From IMG/VR virus record IMGVR_UViG_3300037421_000080, positions 106,086 to 136,935 of that record: 30,850 nt of DNA; one strand, given 5' to 3'. Shown piece after piece: positions 25,596 to 30,850 of the stretch; position 1 is the first letter of the stretch; the number at the start of each line of letters is the position of its first letter. A program made the translations under genes and the position numbers. The notes beneath the pieces are model-generated. The model ran no database searches. It worked only from the letters and a program-made list of their open reading frames with translations, and was not told where the DNA came from. This DNA is from a virus. Its lineage: Duplodnaviria > Heunggongvirae > Uroviricota > Caudoviricetes.

Positions 25596-25789
25596 GGCTC
25601 AAGAAAAGAAACTGGATGTTCTGGGTTGGTTTCCTTGCTCTGTACTTGGTTGGCCCTGTGGGATTCCCGTTCCTTGAGGTGCACATGGACTGGCCCAAGA
25701 TGTCTTCCGTTCTGGTCGGAGGCATCTGGGGTGGGTGCGTCGGAGTCGCGTGGATCCATCTGGCTACCGAATCGAAGGTGAGAGCATGA
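25592..25789 (+). CDS. Small membrane protein (2 TM)
   Basis: Two hydrophobic segments. Confidence 0.58.
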   Translation: MRLKKRNWMFWVGFLALYLVGPVGFPFLEVHMDWPKMSSVLVGGIWGGCVGVAWIHLATESKVRA

Positions 25790-25950
25790 GAGACAACGAG
25801 CGCAAGATGCTGGTCGAGGCCATGGTCCCGTTCGAGGTCCTGTTCGGCCAGATTCTGCACCAGCCGTACAAGGAGATGTCCGTGGAATTCCAGAGACAGC
25901 TGGTGGAATCTGTCGCAGCGATGCGGGTGCTCCTTCTGGAGAAGAAATGA
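25786..25950 (+). CDS. Small hypothetical protein
   Basis: ATGA coupling on both sides. Confidence 0.52.
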   Translation: MRDNERKMLVEAMVPFEVLFGQILHQPYKEMSVEFQRQLVESVAAMRVLLLEKK

Positions 25951-26183
25951 GAAAAAGGACTAGCACCAACCCGTGTCCCCATCTGGGCTTCGGCTGGTGC
26001 CTGAGCTGCGTGGGGGAATTACAGCAAGAGCTAGAGGAGATGGAGGCCACCTTTGACCTGCGCTGGAAGGCCGACATGCGAGCCATCAAGCGCTGGAGAA
26101 AGGAAACAGGCGAGGAACTGGTCGGGCCCGACCATGCCGATCTGTGCGTCTGGTTGCTGGAGCAGAGGAAGAAGAAATCATGA
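25947..26183 (+). CDS. Small hypothetical protein
   Basis: CPH..GWCLSC plus coiled coil. Confidence 0.55.
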   Translation: MRKRTSTNPCPHLGFGWCLSCVGELQQELEEMEATFDLRWKADMRAIKRWRKETGEELVGPDHADLCVWLLEQRKKKS

Positions 26184-26680
26184 ACAACCTGAAAGAAGCC
26201 GTGCTTGAAATCGCTGACGAGATGGAGACCGCTGCCCAAGAAGCAGACATGAAAAGCACCCGTCTTGTAGTGACTTCTTGGGCCAAGATGCTCCGCATTG
26301 CCTGCAAGGCTGCCGGGGACGATGCTCCTGTTCCCGCAATGAACATGATGGGCAGCCCCCTGCTCACCCCCGAGGTTCAGAACCGCAACGAGATCGAGAA
26401 GGCCAAGGCCGAGTTCCGCAAGTTGAAGGCAGCTCAGGGGCCTCCTCCCGAGGACAAGATAACTGTCGAGGAGAAGTATGCTGGTCGGATGGCCGAGATT
26501 GTAGATGGGCCGGCGATGGACGGGATGGCAGTGGGCGATACAACCATGTTCCCTATAGACCCTCAGATGCCGAGCGGAGCCAAGTGCTTCGTGGAGGCTT
26601 GGGTGTACCAGCTGCGGAGGGACGGCAAACTATATTATGTGGGTGAAGCAGAGGCCAAGCCTGCTATCGTGGAAGGGTAG
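26180..26680 (+). CDS. Hypothetical protein
   Basis: ATGA overlap start; phage-like codon usage. Confidence 0.62.
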   Translation: MNNLKEAVLEIADEMETAAQEADMKSTRLVVTSWAKMLRIACKAAGDDAPVPAMNMMGSPLLTPEVQNRNEIEKAKAEFRKLKAAQGPPPEDKITVEEKYAGRMAEIVDGPAMDGMAVGDTTMFPIDPQMPSGAKCFVEAWVYQLRRDGKLYYVGEAEAKPAIVEG

Positions 26681-26682
26681 AA

Positions 26683-26874
26683 ATGAAATCACCAACGGTC
26701 CGCGTGTTTGCCTACACAAAACAGGGGTACAAGAAAGAGATCCTTCGTGTGGACACTCAGCAGGTCCGTCTGCGGGAAACCAACGTGGAGGGTAGGGTCG
26801 GCGAGCGAGGCATGTTCATCCGACCCAGCGATTTCCCGGAGATGGTGGAGTTCGAGATTCTTCTGGAGGAATAG
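26683..26874 (+). CDS. Small hypothetical protein
   Basis: 63-aa ORF between coupled genes. Confidence 0.55.
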   Translation: MKSPTVRVFAYTKQGYKKEILRVDTQQVRLRETNVEGRVGERGMFIRPSDFPEMVEFEILLEE

Positions 26875-27486
26875 ATGAAGACATTCCGCTTCCACAACGG
26901 CAAGGAATGGATCGAGCGGGACTGCGAGGAGATCCTCCGGCAGTTCGAGCAGATAGCCATCGAGATCACTTTCGAGGCGTTCGGCAGCAAGGACAACAAC
27001 ATCTATCTGGATGCGATTGGCAGGTTCAGGGAGATATTCGGGACTCCTCGATCTTGGTTCTCTGATTACTCCAGCAACAGGAAGCTCCTCTTCCCTGAGA
27101 CCGACCCGATCAAGCCGTGGCAGAATCCCCGGGACTACCCCGAGAAGATTGACTGGAGCAAGTTTCCCTGCATCCCGTTCCACTACTGGCAAGGGGAGAA
27201 TGCTCCTATCGGCGATCTTTTTGATCCAGATTGGAGGAGACTAAAAGATAAGGAAGTCCTCAGGCTGGTCGAGGACTTCTTCAACTTTTGCGGGGAGGAT
27301 ATGGATGCCATCGTGCGGCGGACCAAGGCGTCTCTCCGGCACGCTGTTGAAGTCTGCGCTGTCACCGAGGACGACATCAGGCAGATGCTGGCGATGGAGG
27401 GGCAGAAAAGCCCTTACTACTCCGGCATCCCGCTGCTGAACAAACTGCGAGAAATGATGAAGGAGAAAACCAATGACAACTCGTGA
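26875..27486 (+). CDS. Hypothetical protein
   Basis: 203-aa ORF, GGAGG RBS. Confidence 0.65.
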   Translation: MKTFRFHNGKEWIERDCEEILRQFEQIAIEITFEAFGSKDNNIYLDAIGRFREIFGTPRSWFSDYSSNRKLLFPETDPIKPWQNPRDYPEKIDWSKFPCIPFHYWQGENAPIGDLFDPDWRRLKDKEVLRLVEDFFNFCGEDMDAIVRRTKASLRHAVEVCAVTEDDIRQMLAMEGQKSPYYSGIPLLNKLREMMKEKTNDNS

Positions 27487-27853
27487 AATCTTTACACGCT
27501 TCCAGAACCTGAATATCGCTATCCTGATGGAGGATTTACGGAGGGGCCTGGTGGCTCGGGAGGAATGGATAAGCGCTCCGATGTCGGAAGACGATCTCTT
27601 GATCCTTTGTCCCATTGCTCACAGCTGTCGGAGCTTCGAGCATCTCCGCACCTGGATTGAAGGGACGACAAGCGAGATGACGGATGCGAATCCTGCGGCT
27701 TTTTTTGTCCGTGACTGGGATAACTATGACATTGGGACTCCCAAGCTGCTCTCCATCCTGGAGGAGATCTGGAAGGAGCGGATGGAGGACGCGGATGTGG
27801 TGCAGGCCGTATGCGAGGAGCCGAAGGAGGTGATGGCATGTTGGCCAAGCTGA
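27473..27853 (+). CDS. Hypothetical protein, paralogue of 15373..15867
   Basis: Motifs shared with 15373..15867; AAGGAG RBS. Confidence 0.7.
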   Translation: MTTREIFTRFQNLNIAILMEDLRRGLVAREEWISAPMSEDDLLILCPIAHSCRSFEHLRTWIEGTTSEMTDANPAAFFVRDWDNYDIGTPKLLSILEEIWKERMEDADVVQAVCEEPKEVMACWPS

Positions 27854-28026
27854 TGGACGATCATTTCCTGTTCGCTATCCTCTGGATGACAATTGCCTTT
27901 CTCTGGTTCTGTCCTCCCAAGGAGCCTAATCCGTGGCAGGCGGGGATGGCCCTGTTCTTCATGGCGGGGAACCTGCTGATCCTGCTCATGGGTTGGGAGA
28001 AGAAGGAAGGGACTAAAAATGGATGA
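27838..28026 (+). CDS. Small membrane protein (2 TM)
   Basis: AAGGAGGT RBS; two hydrophobic segments. Confidence 0.55.
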   Translation: MLAKLMDDHFLFAILWMTIAFLWFCPPKEPNPWQAGMALFFMAGNLLILLMGWEKKEGTKNG

Positions 28027-28576
28027 CCTATTTGAAGTAGAACAGCTAGCCGGCCAATCTCTCGTGGACCTGCTGGTCCTCACAAAGCTGGCGGAGTCCA
28101 AGAATGCTGCCCGCCGGGTGATCCAGCAGGGTGGTGTCAGGCTTAATGAGGTTGATTGGGATATGGCCGTCACTAATGTTGACTACGCCATCAATCCGGC
28201 TGATGTGGTCAATGGGGCTGTCTATCTGATGGTGGGAAAAACGAAGTCGGCATGGGTCAAGCAGGCGAAGCCGCAGGACTCCTCCCCCAAGCTACCTTGC
28301 TCCTATTGTGGTAAGCCTTTTGAGGGCCACGACGAGCTTCATCCCTATCTTGCTCCGCCTCCGGGAATTGATGTTGCAGCTCTCCGTTTGAGCAGACAAA
28401 AGGTAGCACGCAGCAACTTCCGAGCAGAGACAGCCTCCCGGTGCTTTGCCTATGCGGTGAGCAAGCGCCTCTCTGAGAACTGGCCATCGGATGTGTATCG
28501 AATAATTGCCAGGCAGGCCATTCGGGCAACAGATGTCTTCCTGCAAGAGTTGGACGAGGGAGGTGATGTGGAGTGA
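28019..28576 (+). CDS. S4-like RNA-binding domain (TyrRS C-terminal type) fused to an unknown domain
   Basis: SLVDLLV..KLAESKNAARRVIQQGGVRLN...YLMVGKTK. Confidence 0.7.
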   Translation: MDDLFEVEQLAGQSLVDLLVLTKLAESKNAARRVIQQGGVRLNEVDWDMAVTNVDYAINPADVVNGAVYLMVGKTKSAWVKQAKPQDSSPKLPCSYCGKPFEGHDELHPYLAPPPGIDVAALRLSRQKVARSNFRAETASRCFAYAVSKRLSENWPSDVYRIIARQAIRATDVFLQELDEGGDVE

Positions 28577-28816
28577 AGCGTCTCAATAACTGGGATCGCA
28601 TGCCGTATGAGCCTAGAAGGCCAGCGGGGAAATGAACCTCGCTGGCCTTTTTCTATGGGCATTCCGATAATAGTTCACGGGCATCATCTATCGGTGACGG
28701 TAGAGCATCCCAGGCAGGTCGGCCTGATCAAACGATACCACCTGGATAGGTACCAGGACATCTCTGGTAATGCTCGATTTCATTCTTGAGGGGCAACAAT
28801 TCAACAAGGAAATTCT

Positions 28817-29317
28817 ATGAGATGTTTTCGTTGTTCTCGATCTATTCATCTGGTCGTCAATAGCTCTGAGTTTGTGGAATGGCTGAGATTCCACGGCTGC
28901 CCCGAATGTTGGGAAGTGAAAGACGGGCAACCTCCGGAGGGGTTGAAAGTGAAGGTGAAGAATAGAATCACTGGAGAAGTCAGGGTCCTAGAATCTTGGC
29001 AGTTCACAGTGGGGATGGGAGAGATAGTCAAGAAGATCACAGACAGAGGAGTTGAAATTTGCACGGTGAGGGATCCGAGGTGGCCCTGGCGGAAGGCTGG
29101 AGAGAAAGGCCCTTGGTTGAAGCCTGACCTGGTGGCGCTTGCTGAGCGACTCAAGGACAAGAATCAACCTATCATCGTTGAATCTGGGGAGTGTGTCTTG
29201 TATGGGGATGGTGAGTCATCTATGGCAGCAATTTATAAATTTAAGGGGAAGAATAAAACAAAGCAAGGGAAGGAAGCGAAAAAGATACTGCGTCTGTTTC
29301 ATAAAGCATCCAGATGA
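28817..29317 (+). CDS. Hypothetical protein
   Basis: CFRC...CPECW; AAGGA RBS. Confidence 0.55.
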   Translation: MRCFRCSRSIHLVVNSSEFVEWLRFHGCPECWEVKDGQPPEGLKVKVKNRITGEVRVLESWQFTVGMGEIVKKITDRGVEICTVRDPRWPWRKAGEKGPWLKPDLVALAERLKDKNQPIIVESGECVLYGDGESSMAAIYKFKGKNKTKQGKEAKKILRLFHKASR

Positions 29318-29402
29318 GAGATGTTTGCCCATCCCTTTTTGGGATTTACTCGTCAGGAGGAAAAGGGGTATGATTTAGGCCAGAGATAATAGAGCAAGGA
29401 AA

Positions 29403-29502
29403 CCTGCCTCCAGGACGAGGTAGTCTTCCCGCTCGTCCCGGCTTGGCCAGCTCCCCCTGAGGTAAGAGGCAGGGAGGGGCTGGACTAAGCCCTACCTCTT
29501 AC
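29403..29502 (+). promoter_or_regulatory. Structured leader upstream of the recombinase (alternative hairpins)
   Basis: CCTGCCTC 29403-29410 pairs with 29466-29473; GTAAGAGG 29462-29469 pairs with 29495-29502; extra stem GGACGAG/CTCGTCC. Confidence 0.35.
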
Positions 29503-29507
29503 GGGCC

Positions 29508-30272
29508 ATGCCTCTATCCCATCGAGACCGCCAAAGACAAGAACAGAGAAGAAAGCAAGCAGCGGGATGGAAAAGGTCTGAAGACAACTCAGCCCACCCC
29601 GAACGCTATTACAACAAATCACTCGAACAACCCCTCCCAGCGGCAACAGGTGCTCTCTACGTCAGAGCCTCAAAAGGCGAGCAAGACATAAAACTCCAAG
29701 AGAAGGCAATTCTGTGGCTCCTGGCCAAGGAGGGAATCAAGATCCCAAAGGAAAGGATCTACAGGGATACGGGATCAGCCAAGGCAGAAGAGTTCAATTG
29801 GGGACATCGCCCTCAGCTGTTCAAAGCATTCGCCGACCTCTCCGGAACTGGCATTCCTCTATTCATGCCAGGAACAACAAGAGCAATCCGGTCCAACGCC
29901 TACCACCCCAGCCAGAACCCCTATGCTGTACCCACCAAGAAAGAATTCGAGAAGTTCGTCAAAGCAGCCAAGGGAGTAAACGTAATCTTCATCAATAACC
30001 CCGCTGCTACTCCACCCGAAGATGAAGCCTTTCTGAAGAAGCTCTACGCTGATTACAGGAACAGGCCCACTCTCAAAGAAAGGAAGAAGTACAAGGGGTG
30101 GACTAAGGACAGGGAAAGGGAATGCGGAGAGAAAGTAATACGGTGGAGGGAGCAGGGAATGTCCTACGGTAAGATAGCCCACCTGATCTACCTTAACACA
30201 GGCTTTGAAATTACTAGGGACGGAGCACGAAAAATGGTCAAGAGACTGGAAGCACTCCTACTCACCCACTAG
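29508..30272 (+). CDS. Divergent serine recombinase (resolvase-like) with C-terminal HTH
   Basis: ALYVRAS..EQ...Q, IYRDTGSA and RPQL motifs; GMSYGKIA HTH; DRLxR motif not evident. Confidence 0.65.
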   Translation: MPLSHRDRQRQEQRRKQAAGWKRSEDNSAHPERYYNKSLEQPLPAATGALYVRASKGEQDIKLQEKAILWLLAKEGIKIPKERIYRDTGSAKAEEFNWGHRPQLFKAFADLSGTGIPLFMPGTTRAIRSNAYHPSQNPYAVPTKKEFEKFVKAAKGVNVIFINNPAATPPEDEAFLKKLYADYRNRPTLKERKKYKGWTKDRERECGEKVIRWREQGMSYGKIAHLIYLNTGFEITRDGARKMVKRLEALLLTH

Positions 30273-30367
30273 TCCCCTGTTCTTATTCGGGTATTCGTTT
30301 TAGCTCCCCTCTGACCCCATAAAACCAAGAGATCTCGCTAAAAGGATACCTACGAGCCCTTTCCCCA

Positions 30368-30398
30368 TTGACCCAACCCTCCCCTTCTCAGGTACAAT
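30368..30398 (+). promoter_or_regulatory. Possible sigma70 promoter
   Basis: TTGACC-N19-TACAAT (long spacer). Confidence 0.33.
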
Positions 30399-30493
30399 TA
30401 AACCTAGAAGCAAGGATGAGCACTGGCGTGTTTCCTTCTCCTTCGACCCACCTCTAGTTTATTCATGGATGCTTGACCTTTGTGGAGAGGTTA

Positions 30494-30850
30494 ATGCTAA
30501 TCGCCATATCCGATGTAGTCTGGCAGGCAATCATTGCTGCTATTGTGACCGTTGTTCTAGCATGGATGGGGAGGAAGACTCAGCAGGCTGTTCAGAGGAC
30601 GCAGCAGGCAGTGGAGAGTGTAGGAGAAGCTGCTGCTGGCAAGGTCGAGGATGTCCGTAAGCAGGCTGTTGAAGCCGCTGTTCAGGTAGAGCGAGTTCGC
30701 AAGCAAGCTGCCCAGGCTGCTGTGCAGGTGGATGAAGTGAAGAAGACACTGGTTGAGACCACGGAGGAGACAGGCAAGAAGCTGGATGGAATTGCGGAGG
30801 TGGGAGTCGCTACTCACACCCTGGTCAATTCTGCGATGGGCACCCAGAAG
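30494..30850 (+). CDS. Membrane-anchored coiled-coil protein, truncated by the window edge
   Basis: Read manually: GGAGAGG upstream of the ATG, MLIAISDVVWQAIIAAIVTVVLAW, then 14-aa repeats; no stop before 30850. Confidence 0.68.
   Translation, partial: MLIAISDVVWQAIIAAIVTVVLAWMGRKTQQAVQRTQQAVESVGEAAAGKVEDVRKQAVEAAVQVERVRKQAAQAAVQVDEVKKTLVETTEETGKKLDGIAEVGVATHTLVNSAMGTQK

Larger units (their letters stand above)
1..30850. mobile_element. Segment of a tailed dsDNA phage/prophage genome
   Basis: TerS, TerL, primase, SNF2 helicase, DUF932, HNH genes and dense, translationally coupled small ORFs in two divergent arms; no host housekeeping operons. Confidence 0.92.

Noticed and set aside
28573-28816. 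Possible gene(s) between the S4-domain gene and 28817
   Set aside because: Only short frames without motifs or a convincing RBS; no call can be supported
29508-30272. IS607-family element
   Set aside because: IS607 TnpA has an N-terminal HTH before the catalytic domain and usually a tnpB neighbour. Here the HTH is C-terminal and no TnpB is seen.
30298-30343. TTTTAGC-N32-GCTAAAA inverted repeat resembling the 11565 operator half-site
   Set aside because: Opposite orientation, different spacing and short enough to arise by chance
1-30850. Stop-codon reassignment, tRNA genes, CRISPR arrays
   Set aside because: Motif-bearing genes are intact under code 11 and end in TAA, TAG and TGA. No cloverleaf or regularly spaced repeats were noticed by eye; tRNAscan and a CRISPR finder were not run.

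Overview
This 30.85 kb window looks like part of a tailed dsDNA phage or prophage genome in the standard genetic code. A Planctomycetota host is tentatively inferred from a SpoVG with an inserted Zn ribbon. There are two divergent arms separated by a sigma70-type promoter region at about 11.53-11.73 kb. The left arm (minus strand, 1-11.5 kb) is a replication/transcription module: DUF932, two tandem ParB-like genes, a winged-helix-like protein, a sigma-factor-like gene, an SNF2 helicase, a TOPRIM primase, a NUMOD4-HNH homing endonuclease and RNase H. The right arm (plus strand) holds the terminase small subunit, about 14 small accessory genes (including a J-domain protein and an AT-rich HNH island with its own promoter), and a terminase large subunit with an unusual ~210-aa C-terminal extension. 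It continues with a three-gene operon (J-domain/pseudokinase, vWA protein, divergent adenylosuccinate-synthetase-fold enzyme), about 20 small ORFs, a divergent serine recombinase and a truncated membrane/coiled-coil gene. No portal, capsid, tail, tRNA or CRISPR sequence was seen. The top candidates for novelty are (1) the J-pseudokinase/vWA/PurA-fold operon, whose PurA homologue lacks the aspartate-binding loop; (2) a homing-endonuclease cassette that appears to have replaced the 3' end of the primase gene; and (3) a phosphatase-like domain fused to TerL. All family calls come from motif recognition by eye; no database search was run.
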